Of a stretch of DNA of 64,000 nucleotides, positions 31,030-44,415 are shown one piece after another. The notes beneath the pieces were generated by a model, which ran no database searches, was not told where the DNA came from, and saw only the letters and a program-made list of their open reading frames with translations. Both the position numbers and the translations under genes were made by a program. Within the stretch, counting starts at the first letter, position 1, and every line of letters begins with the position of its first letter. Origin of the DNA: the human T2T-CHM13v2.0 reference genome, Homo sapiens; NCBI RefSeq assembly GCF_009914755.1, contig NC_060925.1; one strand, given 5' to 3'.

Positions 31030-32070
31030 TCTACTAGGTCCTACCTGAAGGTGTTTTTGCTGACATTGAGAAAGGTCACTAGTCTGGTAAACTTGGGTTT
31101 TGGTTGATCATACTGGAAGCTAGGAAAATCTAGGAAGTATTTATTCATTGCCCAGTATATTCTTCCTTGATTTCCCCTGTCTTTCTTATTTTTCATCTTC
31201 CTACTTTTTGTTGGACTGGTCGTCTTCTTCCTTACCCTCTTATTTCTGCTAGTTGGGAAAATAGGGATTATATTTCTGTTCTTCTGGTGGTTATTCAAAC
31301 ATATTTAAAATGTTTACTTAGCTATAAATTTTTCTGACTCTAGTTTTCTAGCATTTCTATTCCTTTTCTGGACAAGAATTCATCTTCTGAAGTGAATAAA
31401 TCTCATTATCAACCTTGCTAGCTGTTTTGCTTATGTATTTTCCTCATGTGTTTTTGGATTTTTGTTTGCAGGCTCAGCTTAAGTAGGAATTTCTTTTCTT
31501 TCTCTTGCTAACTCTCTTTCCCATCCCCACAACCTGACACCCCTTTCTGGCAAGCTGTTTTGCAGTTGCCCTCACCTAACCTTCTCTATCAATCATCAAC
31601 CCCCATTCCATCCTCTCCCCACTACCCCAAGTCCAGAACCAGATCTTGTGTTGGTGGCTCAGGCAGTATTGAGAACATCACAGATACAGTCATGGAGCCA
31701 GCAGTTGGCTGGCGCCTTTTCCTGAGGTGACACTATCTGCTTCACCTAGATTCTCTAGTCACAGAGCTTTCTATAAGCCATGACCCTGAAGCAGCTGTGT
31801 GTTGTAGCTTTTCTTGCTTCCTTTCAAGGGTGGTGGAGCCTGGGCTCAAAAAGTGATCTAGGTTCTGGTTGCTCTGCTTCACGTAGAAACTTTGCCTCTT
31901 AGGGGTTGACACAGGGGCCACTTCTGTGTCCTTCTGACTCCTGGGCCCAATAGCTGTGCTTTAGTCTGTTTTACCACCTCAGATTTCTCTTCTGTCTCTG
32001 GCACAAGGAATTGTATATCTGGTTTCTAAGTGGAGTTAGAAATGTCATCTTCTCTTTATCTCTATTTCTC

Positions 32071-32142
<72 letters not shown>

Positions 32143-32215
32143 CCCTTGCTGCATAGTGGTGGCTGTGGTAGTGCTGAAACTGTGATCTCACAGTGTCATC
32201 TTTACTGGAAGTTCT
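31030..32215 (-). mobile_element. Ancient L1ME/HAL1-like 5' fragment
   Basis: T-rich ORF1-like portion; terminus 'gtcatctttactggaagttc'. Confidence 0.4.
32075..32137. repeat. (TC)n microsatellite, ~31 units
   Basis: Pure TC run, directly visible. Confidence 0.97.
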
Positions 32216-32964
32216 TGATTTGTAATGGAGGAACTACGCAACACATCCACCTTGCTCAAATCGGTAAAAAGACTGTCAGCCTGCTGAGTGGTGGGGGGTC
32301 GGGGCAGGGGCATGACAGGGCAAGCTTACTGCTTTTGGCCCTCTCCATCAGGTACAGTGGCCCCAAACTGAAATTCCCTCAGAATCTAGGTGTGTAGCAG
32401 TGGAGAAACTGTGGCTAATTGGAGAGTGCTTCCTCTGTCTAAAGCTGCTACTCAGCATCATCTGATTACTGCCATGAAGGAATGAAGACACTGTGTTGTG
32501 AGAGCATCCAATTTGTCAAGAGAAAGAACTATAAACAATTTCAAAAATAGTTTTAACATTTAGAGAAACTATTTGGACCTATTTGGACTTTTAGTTGAAA
32601 TCTCCCGAGCTTTAAGTGTTGACCATTGATTCTGTGTGAGCTGGGAATACATGTGATGGTCAGTGGGCCCATGTGCTGCCTGGCTGGGACCTGTCACATG
32701 ATGTACTTGTCAGCGACTTTGTCTGCCTTGGTCACCTCTGGGCTTCTAGGGGCTTGAGACCTACAGAACTAACTAACATTTAAAATGCTGTATAGTCTTT
32801 TTGGAGGAAGACAAGTACAACCTGTGAATTACAAAGAAAAAATTAAATGCTCTTCTGTCTGTTTATCCTCATTGGTAAGCATTTATATGTTCTACTTTGT
32901 ACATGGAACCCAGTAAGTAGAGGCGTATAAGGAAACACATGTAATATGAGAACTGTATGGCCGA

Positions 32965-33190
32965 TGAGCATTGAGCTTATGGCAGGCTTGGGTTTGAATG
33001 CTGGTGCCTGCATTTTCTAGAGATTTGACCCTGGGCAAATTATATAATCTCTTTGAGCCTCATTTTTCTCATCTATAATGTGTGGAAAACAACACCTCCT
33101 TCATGTGGGACTGTTGTGGGATTAAATGAGATACTGCACACAACAGCAGAGTGCTAGCAAGAGGGGAGGTTCGGTAACGGTGGTTATTAA
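32965..33190 (+). mobile_element. MIR
   Basis: 'tgaccctgggcaaattatataatctctttgagcctcatttttctcatctataa'. Confidence 0.78.
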
Positions 33191-33194
33191 ATAG

Positions 33195-33440
33195 CTCAGG
33201 TCCACACTTCTGAAATACTGGATTCATTTGTGGCAAAACCTGACCTGAACTGATAAGAAGCTAATTACAATTCTTATATACTCCACTTACCATGAATATT
33301 CATAAGTTTCACTGAACAAATATTAATGTGTTTGATTATGGGTGCCACCCCAGAACCTCTGTCATCTTTCTAAGATCTGAAAAGTTCTGAATTCTAAAAC
33401 ACATTTAACTCCACAGGTTTTGGATAAAGGATCTGCAGTT
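33195..33440. mobile_element. MER46C-like (Tigger-derived) DNA transposon
   Basis: 'ggcaaaacctgacctgaactga', 'aatattaatgtgtttgatta' and 'ggttttggataaagga' match the remembered MER46C consensus. Confidence 0.7.
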
Positions 33441-36400
33441 ACAACAACATATGAGCAAGTAAAGAATGGCACAGTCAAAACTGAACACGTAACCACATAA
33501 CTGCTGGAAGGTGACAGAATGGATAAATGATTAGAAATGAAGGGTGTGAATTTGCGAGGGCTTCCTGGAGGAGGTGACCTTTCAGCCTGATCTCAGGAGA
33601 AGTGGAGGAACTGCACTGGTGAAGAGGAGGCAGGACATTCCAGGGAAATACATGACATTATTGAGTATCTTGAGGCTCCCAGCAAAACAAACTGCTTTCA
33701 GGTCTGTGCAATGCCTAGAAGAATGACTGATCATTTTTAGAAAGACACTCAGAGGACTTGACAGGAAAGAGAGCCCCTGGCAGAGAGAAGCATGAAGACT
33801 GGAGTCAGAATATTCACTTTCTGATGAAGCATTGTTGGGGAGAAAGTTCATTTTGCCATGGCCTCCAGAGGGACTCTCTGCTTCTCTAGGCCAAGAACCT
33901 GGCTCTGCACACCCACAGCGATCTCCATATGACTTTTGCATATATCAGCAAGCGATTGCTGCATTTAAAGATGCTCTTCTGGAGCTGGGACTGTGGCAAA
34001 CCAACCTTTCTCAACTCTACATCCCAGATGTTTCCCCACTTGCTTGTCTGTTTTTAATAAGCTGGAGATGAAGTTGAAGGATGATCTGGCTGAGCAGGGA
34101 GTTGCTATGAGCAGGGGAAGGATGAGAGCTGATTTATATTTCAGAAACAGCACTCTGCCTCTATGTGGATTGAAGAGGGGTAATACTAGACCTAGAAGAA
34201 ATAAGTCCTCTTTATCACTCTTTTCTAGTACTTAGGAAGTATGCCAGGCATATGCTTATTGAACTAATTTTTTAACAAACGTGATCCCCATCTTGGCAGC
34301 ACCTGCTCCCTGGCATGAAAGATGGAGCATTGATAACATGGTGAAAAGTAGGTGCTGGCCTCACATTACTCTATGGGAGCAGCAACAGGCAAGAGACAAG
34401 GCAGTTCCACAGGGATGCACAGAAGCTACTCACATGTTCCTCCTGTTGTCTACAGTCACGGGAAGAAAGCTAAGAGGAATCTAAAGGAACAGAAACATGC
34501 CAAGTGTGAAGCACAGGCACCTCCAGACCTGTAACAGTGTGGGATTAGCTGGTACTATTGGGAGCAGCTCTGGGCTCTGAGCCTGATACAGAATCCCCAA
34601 GTTTCTCTAATGAGAGGGTGTTTTTATTTTCCTCAAACTCTTATACTCACTGATGGGGATGGTGGTGCCGGGCAGACGAGGTGGTGACATGAGTTGTTTG
34701 GGGACTGAGAAGTCGAGTCACTGATGGTTGGGAGGGATTTGGAAGACACACGTGGGGAACATGCCTGTGGAGAGCTCCATGGATGTGAAAGGGGAAGGGG
34801 TCTGGCAGGGGCAGTCTCACGGGTCTACTGAGAGGTGATAATTTGCTGGTTGAAAATCACTGGTATGAAGTAGCTTTATAAATCCAGTCCCAGCTTATCT
34901 AGCTTTGTTTTCTCTGAACTTCTCCCTCCCCCAACACTCCTGCAGGTTTGAGTTCAGTTTTTTTCCAGTTTTAAGTGTGTTGGAGAGGGCTGCCTCCCTC
35001 ACTGTTGTGTTGGTTCATCTTCACTTAAGGGACCATCTTTACTTCCAGTAATAGCTGGTGCTAAGGATGACAATGCCTCACCTGCATGCATGAAGAACTG
35101 TGTTTCAGACTGTCCTGCACACTCTGTGTGCTTTATCTCACTTAATCCTTGCAACACCCCTTTGAGGTGGGAAGTACAATGATTACCATGAACAAGTGAA
35201 GAAACTGAAGCTTTAAACAGTCAAATAACTGAATAACATATAGCAAGTTAAAAGTGGACCAAGAATTTTGATCCAGGAAGATCTGACACAGCCTGTGTTC
35301 TGTTCTCAATAAATAGCATTCCTACCATGTTCAAAACGCTACGTCCAATGTAGTGGTAGAGATTTCTAAATGGCTGCACACAAAGCTTTATCCACAAAGA
35401 ACTATGATTGGGTCGGAGAGAGTGAGAGGACACCAGAAGTCAAACGAAATTAGAACATGACATAGAAACATAAGAGAGGAAACAGGGTAGAATGTGGTGA
35501 AGAATTCAGACAGAAGAGCCATGGAAACTGAGATAGCCCAGAAGAGCCCCAGGGAGAGGGAAGATGAGGCTTGGGAAGCCCAGGCAGGATTTAGAGTTTA
35601 AGACGATATGTCACGGTGTTCTAGGAAGGGAGACAGCTGAAAGGCGTGAACATGGTGATGCATGACGTGTTTGGGTGATAGTGAGCAGGACAGTTTAACT
35701 AAAGAGAGGTTCATGGGGGAACAACAAGGAGGAAGAACTTTGGATTTTAAAATGTGAGAAACCATAGGGAGAAGGGCTAAGTATTTTTTTTTTCATTTTA
35801 TAGTATTTGGGGGTGGGGGAAGTGAAGTTTTCTGAATGTTAGAGTAATACATTATATGAAGAGGAGTTCCTGGCAGAAATGTGCCAGTGGATCGTAGGGG
35901 AGACCCCCGGAAACCAGTCTTGAGGCTGCGGCAAGTTCCAGAGAGTGGCAGAACTCAGAATCACAGAATCAGGTGACTTCAGAGTTGATTGAATGGGGGA
36001 TGTGGTGGCGACTAACTGTCAGAGAGGGAGGTGGTTTGATTGTTCAGTCATTATAGCTAAATTACTCCCAATGATGGGCAGTTCTAGATTAGATGCAGAT
36101 GGATTTAACTTTGGACTTTGTGCAAAGGAAATTTACAACTAATTAATTTACTTGTATTCCTCTTCTCGATCTAATTAATTTCAAGGATTTTAAACAAGCA
36201 TTGCTTCTTTTGACCCCACAGGACATCTTCTAATTGAAATAGTTGCTTGTGACCTTAGAAGGGAGGGCCTTTATGTACAAACATGCACCTGCCATTTCAG
36301 CTACGTGACTCAATTTTAAGCTTTTAAAACTCTTCTTTCAGCTCAACAAAACTGTGGCCAGAGCTGCCATCACTCGTAATTGTGCAGAACCATGATCCTT

Positions 36401-36544
36401 TTGACAATCTGATTTCAATTTTAGTGGTCTGCACATCTCCTAAAGTCTGCTATTAGCTCAGATTAGGAAACTGAAGGATTGAAGAATCGAGATGAACTGA
36501 ATTGGAAAAATATATGTATATGTATTTGTGGAGAACGCCATGTG

Positions 36545-36685
36545 AAGAAGAAAATAAAATGTTCTGAAATTAGGTAGTAGTGTTGGTGGACAACATTGTG
36601 AATGTACTGAAAGTCACTAAACTGTACATTTTAAAATAAAATGGTGAATTTTATGCTACATAAATCTTACCTTATTAAAAAACAT
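36545..36685 (+). mobile_element. Old L1M 3'-terminal fragment
   Basis: 'aaatgttctgaaattaggtag...acaacattgtgaatgtact...aaatggtgaattttatg'. Confidence 0.75.
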
Positions 36686-37743
36686 AAAAACACTTAGGGG
36701 CATTCAACCAAAAAAAAAAAATGAGAGAGAGAGAAAAGTAAGATATAACATTAAGCAAGAAAAAAGTCAACTGAAAGGAAGGAAATTCTCCAGACAGTGA
36801 TTGTATATTTTAGGAATTAGTTTCCTCCTTTCCTTAAAATGCAGTTCAGGAATCTCAGCCCCTCAGAGCTGTCATGGGCATCCTGGCCTTTGCTTGTGAG
36901 ACCACACCCCACCTGCATCCCTCGTCACTTGAAAAGCAGCGCCTGGAGTTTGGTCTTGTGAGGGGTTCCTTAGGGGCTCTATTTAGCACAGACAAAAGTT
37001 TGCTTTTAGCCGCTGGAAAGGGAATGAAGGGTCTGGAGGAGGAGTGTTGAAGGGTGACTTTATAGACTACAGTCTATAAGGACAGAGCTCAGAAAGTTTG
37101 CCTGTGGACAACTATGGAGCAGAAACAAACTTTAGTTTCTAGTGGACTCTCCAGCTTTGGGGGCATTTGGCCAGAGAGCTCAGAGTTTTCTCGCAGCTGC
37201 AAATTTTCTCTTGCCTCTGAGTAGACTCAATCCCTGCTTTAAATCTCTCCTCTCCTTTTCTTCCGACCTGTTTCCTTCTCTTATTCTGCACATATGCCAA
37301 AGCGGCTAAAAAGGGGCCTGTGAGAAGTGATATATGGTCAGGGTTGGCTGACCAAAGATCAAAGGAGGGCACAACTATTAGGCCTTAGAAATAATTTAAT
37401 CTAGACCCCCAATTTTACTGCAGGAAGTGATTCACCCAAGATCCCACAGCTGACTCTCAGGATGAGGGCCCAGGGCTTCTCCTTCACCTGCAGGCTCTGC
37501 CATCAGCATGCTACTTAACTTCTCTGAGAGCCCCAGTTTCCTCATCTGTAAAATGGTAACATTGTAACTGTGTCTACGTTATGTGGTTGGTGGTGGCTCA
37601 AGCCTGGCATATAGGTGATTGTCAGTAAATACTGTGGCATAAATGAAGGAATGAGACTCTACCTTCTCAAAATATTCTTAGATGTTAACTTCAATTAATG
37701 GAAAGTTTATTCCCACCCCAGAGCCGTGCTTGGCATGTAACAA

Positions 37744-37775
<32 letters not shown>

Positions 37776-37783
37776 CTTGTTGA

Positions 37784-38228
37784 AATAGCAAAGACATGGA
37801 ATCAACACAAATCCATCAATGATAGACTGGATAAAGAAAATATGGTACATATACACTGTGGAATACTATGCAGCCATAAAAAGGAACAAGATCGTGTCCT
37901 TTGTAGAGACATGGATGGAGCTGGAAGCCATTATTCTCAGCGAACTAACCCAGGAACAGGAAACCAAATCCTGAATGTTCTCACTTACAAGTGGGAGTTG
38001 AACAATGAGAACATATGGACACAGGGAGGGGAACAATGCACACTGGGGCCTGATGTGGGGTCGGGGGAGGGAGAGCATCAGGATAAAGAGCTAATGCATG
38101 TGGGGCTTAGTATCTAGGTGATGGGATAAGTGCAGCAAACCACCATGGCACACGCCTACCTATGTAACAACCTGCACATCCTGCACATGTATCCTGGAAC
38201 TTAAAATAAAATAAAATTTAAAATTAAA
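37784..38228 (+). mobile_element. Short L1PA8-PA10-like 3' fragment inserted in an L2 tail
   Basis: ORF2 C-terminus plus 3'UTR; TSD-like aaaa(a/t)acttg(t/g)tgaa on both sides; the left copy carries a 27-A run (37749-37775). Confidence 0.88.
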
Positions 38229-38389
38229 AAATACTTGGTGAATCCATCTACAGATAATTCCCGTGGTTCTCTAGGAAATTATCATTTTTAGTTGATGAGT
38301 GAAGCCAGGGCAGGGTGACTGGGTACCAACAGCCCAGAGTAAGAAGTCGGGGGGCTGGGAAGCTATAACTGGACCTACCGGAGCATCAC

Positions 38390-38703
38390 ATCAGAGCCTA
38401 CTGGGAGGAGAAGAAAGCTCAAGCTTCAGTGTCCCTGTGGGAGCCAAGGGCTGCGGGGAGATATTGTAATATAGGTGGGGAGAGGAATCCAGGGTGCAGC
38501 TGGGAAGCATTACTATGTAACCATTTCTGAAACAGTGGTTTCTGAAGGATAGGACCTGAATCACCAAGGTGATTTCTTTTCTCCTTCTAAATAAATGCTC
38601 ATTTTATTCCTAATTTTATATTCATAATTTTATATTTTTTGAGTAATGAGTTTCCTCCAAATTGTACAGACTTTAGACCCAAATACCCCCAAATCTGTCC
38701 TTG
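38390..38703. mobile_element. hAT-Tip100-like (Zaphod/MER115-type) remnant
   Basis: 'aagctcaagcttcag' start and 'ctccaaattgtacagactttag' end; tentative. Confidence 0.4.
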
Positions 38704-39668
38704 TATGTTTCCCACATCAGAGCAAACTAATCAAGGTCATCCTTCTCCCGAGAGTGCAAATGTTCAAGTCCAGACCTGGTCTTTGGCAGGAAGTCTACAC
38801 AATATAAATATGAGTTTTGTGGTCTTTGTTGCCTTATAGGGAAAGAAAAGGCCATGAAAGGCATGGATGTGGTTGTTGTAAAAGAAAAATTGTCCTAAAC
38901 ATAGACTGGGACAGAATTTTTTGTGATACGAAGTTCAGAATTTGGTTCTGGGAAGAAATTAGCATTCCTGGTAAAATGCTTAACCTATTTTCTGGAAATT
39001 ATAATGGGATTAAGACTTGTTCTGGGAAACTAATCACCCACCCACCCAGCTGTCGGTCAAGAGTCTTGACCTTTAACCAAACATTCTTTTTGCAACTAGT
39101 CTAATGATAACTGAACCATTCTTTTTTTATATATATATAATTTCTGTACTAAGAAGGACTCTTTGGATTGGTCTACTGGAGGCCTTGTCTCTTGTAGAAA
39201 GATTATAATAACTCTTTGACTGATCTCATAACCAAACAGTCTGGCACACTCCTTTCTCCCCCCACTTGCCATCCTTTGAACTCCCTTGACAACCCCCTCC
39301 CACCATGTACATTCTTCTGGCTCGCTCTTCTACATTTTGTCTTGTTAAATGTTCCTTCATAGCTACCTTCTTTTCCAAACTGAACAGTCATCTTTTTTTT
39401 TTTTTAACAGTGCAGTGTTCTATTCATTTTTTTCATTTTTCTTTCTTTTCCTTGCTTCACTCCCTGACACCTGATTCTCTCAGGGTCTAGAACTGGGCAG
39501 GGGCATAAGCAGGACTTTAATAAATATTGGACTATGGACTGATTATTTCCTTGGAGGTGCTAGGAAGTGAGCTATTCCTTGATTTTCTTGACCCATGATG
39601 CTGTGTCTCAGGTCACTTTGGCCTTGTCAAGGACTGCAGGTGGCACAGCCTTCCAGATCCTGGTGTCC

Positions 39669-39879
39669 CACAGCCATAAACCAGAGCCACAAACCATAGG
39701 CATGAAACCAGAGCCGTCAACCCAGAGCCATGAACAGGAGCCATGAAGCCAGAGTCACAAACCCAGAGACATTAACCCAAAGCCTTATACCAGAGCTATG
39801 AACCACAGCCACAAATTCAGAGCCATGAACTTGGAGTTAAGTATCCATAGCCATGAACCAGAGTCATGAGCTTAGAGTC
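39669..39879. repeat. Degenerate minisatellite, ~15 copies of a 13-14-bp unit CAGAGCCATGAAC(C)
   Basis: Units can be read directly: cacagccataaac, cagagccacaaac, cataggcatgaaac, cagagccgtcaacc, cagagccatgaac, etc. Confidence 0.85.
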
Positions 39880-41242
39880 TGCAACATGGGAAAGAAGCAC
39901 AGTGTCAGCTAGTTGGATTCATGGCTTTGGGTGTGGTTTACAACCTTATGCCAGTTGCTAGAACCTGACACCCCAAGCCCTTATTTTTTACTTATGACCA
40001 ACATTTGAAATTTCACAATTATAGGCAGGAAGAATGGATCTACCCAATGCAGACAGTCCTAGAAGTAATCCTTTGACTTGTTCCCTATTACTGAATTAGA
40101 TCTGAGCGATTGACAAAAAGGTCTGACTGGGCTCAGATTTGGTTTCTCTCACTCAGTTTGTGTATAACTTCAATTTGTAGAATGTGGACTTGCCATTTCA
40201 GTATTAAAATGGACACTTTTGATTGAAATGGACACAGTTTTTCAAACTGTAAAATGAATTGATGACATAATTGCTCAGCATTTTATACTTTCTAAAATTC
40301 TTGAGTGTGTAAAGAGGTGCTTTGAGACTGCTTGTCAAAATTATGGAGCCCTCTTGGCTTAAAACAGAGACAAAAGGGCTACTCTGAGAATACCAGCATT
40401 TTGCTTCCTTTAACTCAAGAGTGTAAGAGTGAGAGTCAGCCTTTGGGGCAGAGTCTTGTTTCTGAAAGAAATAGCTTTGGTGAGTCCTTTTTCTATTTAG
40501 GTGAATATAGGCCAAGTAGCGATTCTTTTTTTTCTTTTTTTTTTTTAGACATACTCTGAAGTTTGTGAAGTAAATAAATGAAAACATTTTAGCTTTTGAT
40601 TTTGATGTTTTTAATTGTGTAAAATAGAGTAAGGATGGGTATAGGGAAAGGGTACAACTTATAAAAGTATATATTTGTTTTTCCTCTTCACTTTTTCTGC
40701 AGTGGAGAGATGTTAAATTTTAGTTCGTAAAATAAAACTAAAAATACTCACCTGACTAGATAGTTGTAAAATACTTGCGGAAGCATAGTGTTTTATGAAT
40801 TATACAGTGCTGCATGAATAGTTGTAAATGTTCTTATTGGCAGTAAGTGTAGCAGGGGTATCTACTCATCTCTGTCCAGCCAGGGGACTCAGCATACAAG
40901 GGCCTAAGAATTGTGGGGGAGGGAGATGAGGGTGGTGATGGGGCCAGGGAACAAAGCCTCAAAGCCTAGGCTGGGAAAGGAGTCTGCCCACTCATCGGGA
41001 CCCCGTCCTGGAAATTGTCTCAGGCCCCAGAGCTGGGGTGAGCCACACAGTGCCCCTCTGGTATTTCCTGGGCCACAATCCACCTCTATGCTTAGTCTGG
41101 TATCTGACCCTTGGACACTGAGATCCCTTTCCTCTCTTTGTTTCTTTTCTCATCTCGATTCCTCTGATTTTAGAGCCTTCAACACAAAAGAACTGATTAA
41201 ATTCCTTTTTTCCATAGTGGGGCTTATTGGTCCGTCAGGTAG

Positions 41243-41577
<335 letters not shown>

Positions 41578-42569
41578 GAGGGTGTTTATTTTTCTGGAGC
41601 ATGGGGAGGGCCCAGATATTGGAATCCCCATGCAGGCCGACCAGTGAGTGGTGGGTGGTCAGAATTACCTTTCTTATCTCATAATCTTACCCCATGTGGC
41701 TTATGACATATTCCTTTCTAGCAAATACAGCACTCTCCCCTGAAAGGAATTCTTTCTCTATCCATTAGTTGTAAAACAAACTGGTAAAGAATGTGTCCGA
41801 CAGAGCAGATGTAAAATGCCCCCTCCCACTTTTAGCACAGAGATATGCTCAGTAGAACGTTTTAAAAATTGTATTTAAATGTATAGCTGAGCTTGAAAGA
41901 CAAGAAAATCCTCATGTCCCAGAAAAGAAGAGGAAAGTGTTGGGGTAAAAGGGAGCTGATGCTAGAGGACCCGGATAAAGGCCTTCAGGGCTGGGTAGAG
42001 GTTTTTCTCCCATCTGGAAATGGGAAATGAGACCTCAGGCCTGTGCAAGGTGGGGGTTTAAAAGGGAACCACCTGCATTGAACTGGGAACCTCAAAGGGC
42101 TACCCTTTGCTCGAAGGGAAGATTAGAAATAACCTGATCATCTGGGGAGCTTGCCATCTGTTTGAGACCCTCTATGGAAATAATGTCACCTTAGAGAAAT
42201 GAGAATTCTAAGTATGAATCATGCTTGAATATTTAGTCAAAATGTTGCCTTACCTTTATACTGCAGATTGCTGGTTTGAGAAATGGAAGTGAAAACTGTT
42301 TAAACCAATAAAACTATTAGAGAACTGGCAGAGGCCACCATGGAACCTCTCTACAGAGGAGCCCACAATCCTGAGCATATGAGGGGTCCATAGGAGATAA
42401 TCTCTGTTGCTGATATGCTTAACAGAAAGAAAATCACAAACCATACTAGGAAACAAATTCCATGAGGGAAAAATATTCAAGGAAGGAAACAGTAAAACTA
42501 ACACCCCAAGAATTAGAGAAAGTCAAACAATCTCTAAAAGACTATAAAATAAGAATCTATAAAATTTCA

Positions 42570-42780
42570 ACAATACTGAGAACCTACTGTGCACCAAGCA
42601 CTATTAGAAGAACTTTAATGTATTGCCCTTCCCACCAGTCCAGTGAGTTGGAGACTATTACTAGCCACATTTTACAGATAAGAAAACTGAGGCAATATTG
42701 GTTAACTAAGGTCACACAGTTAGGAAATAGTGGAGTCAAATTTGAACAGCTGATCATTGCAGAGCTTGCCTCCTAACCAC
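42570..42780 (-). mobile_element. MIR
   Basis: 'cattttacagataagaaaactgaggc...aaggtcacacag'. Confidence 0.78.
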
Positions 42781-43660
42781 TGTTACAGAAACTGAAGCTG
42801 CCCACCTTACCTTTTTTCCCCTTCCTGACAGAGATGGAATTATAGCTGGGCTTATGACTACCCACCTACACTACATTTCGCAGTCTCTGATGTAGGTGGG
42901 TGTAGCCACGTGGCTCAGTTCTCTCCAATGGGAGCAAAAGTGATGTGTGACACTTCTGGGCTGGCACCTGAAGACAGTGGGGGTTTCTCCTCCATGATGT
43001 TTTCTTTTCACACTGGCTGCAATCCAGATGTGTGATGCCCCAGCTCCAACTAGGCATATGAGGATAACACCCTAGGGTTGACTAAAGAGTACTTTTTAAA
43101 AAGTTTTCTTAATTTTAATTTTTGTGCACTTTTTTTTTTTAAGACAGGTTCTTGCTCTGTCACCCAGGCTGGAGTGAAGTGATGCAATCTTACTGCCTCT
43201 ACCTCCTTGGCTCAGGCTATCCTCCCACCTTAGCCTCATCAGTAGCTGGGACTATAGGCATGTGCCACCACACCCAGCTATTTCTTTTTTTCCCCAGAAA
43301 TGAGGTCTTTCTATGTTGCCCAGGCTGGTTTCTAACTCCTGGCCTCTAACTCCTGCCTTGTTCTCCCCACGTGTTAGGATTATAGGTGTGAGCCACCATT
43401 CCCAGACCCCATAAAACATTTGTTTGAACACAAATAAATAAATGGCAACTAGCTTTCTTTGTGTATCATTGTTATTAAAATAATCATTTCAATCAATGTA
43501 AAAAAAAGAGGAAAATAGAAGGAATCTTGGTTCTTTAATAACTGCATGGGTCAGAACAACCCATTGACCTACACCATTTGCCTCGGATTTGTACACGAAA
43601 GAGAAATACTTGTCTATTTCCTTTAAGGTTGAGAATTACTGTTTGGTCTGTGTTACAGCT
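42781..43660 (+). mobile_element. Old MLT1-type LTR, interrupted by an AluJ
   Basis: MLT1-like 'gccacgtggctcagttct...gtgatgtgtgacacttctgggc' and 3' 'tctgtgttacagc'. Confidence 0.55.
43130..43407 (-). mobile_element. AluJ (diverged)
   Basis: 'ggctcaggctatcctcccaccttagcc'; poly-T. Confidence 0.88.
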
Positions 43661-44415
43661 TTAGTCCCTCTTGAAAACCAATTATGTTGGTCAAAAATAA
43701 ATCCCAGATCAATTCCTTGGCAGGCAGCTATACAGTGCTCCATACCATGAACACACCATGAATATTCAAAGGAATAAGGGACCATGAGACAAGAACTGGT
43801 CAAAATGAAAAAGATTAAATGGGTTTAAAAAGAAACCAAACTGAATTTTTAGAAATAAAAACTGTGGTGTCAAATTGTCATGCCAAAAGGTTTTTTGGGG
43901 AGTTTGCCTCTGAGGTGCTGGCCGAGTAAATGATCATGATGACACAGCTAGGGCAAAGGAGGAAGTTTTGGTGGATCTTGGAGAAGCCTAGGAAAGATGC
44001 TTGAGGGAGAATCATGGGGACCTGTGGACTGTAGAGCGCAAAGACCAGGCCTGCTATGATGGTGGTGGGGATGGATATTTTCAGAAAACAGGCTGCTCTG
44101 GAGGTCAATGCTTGATTTGGCTCTAATGACACTTGCCTTGTCTACTCTTTGGTGGGCCTCAAAGAGTTCTCTCAAACTCTGCTAATTCTTCCTGGGTCAG
44201 ATGAGTGTTTGTTCTTACTCTCTTCGTGGTCTGGGTGGGGAGAGACCACAGAGACATCCTGAACACACTAACTCTAAACAAAGGCCTTTTTCATCTGCTC
44301 AGAATAGCTCAGATAGGCACTCTAAGAAGCAGGGCTGACAAAAGGAAAAGAAAAGGCACAAATGGCAAAGAGAAGATGTGCTTCAGTCCAATTTTAAATG
44401 TCCTTTTCACCCCCC

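Noticed and set aside
39669-39879. Repeat array as a CRISPR-like structure
   Set aside because: Contiguous degenerate units without unique spacers, in mammalian DNA.
40470-40760. Strong isolated splice-site words on both strands (tttg|gtgagt, ctgcag|, cag|gtgagt)
   Set aside because: Cannot be assembled into a supported exon from sequence alone.
44150-44230. KRVRT..LTQEELAE(L)RELFE resembles a homeodomain N-arm and helix 1
   Set aside because: Needs a frameshift, and no YP motif or WFxNRR helix 3 follows in any frame I read.
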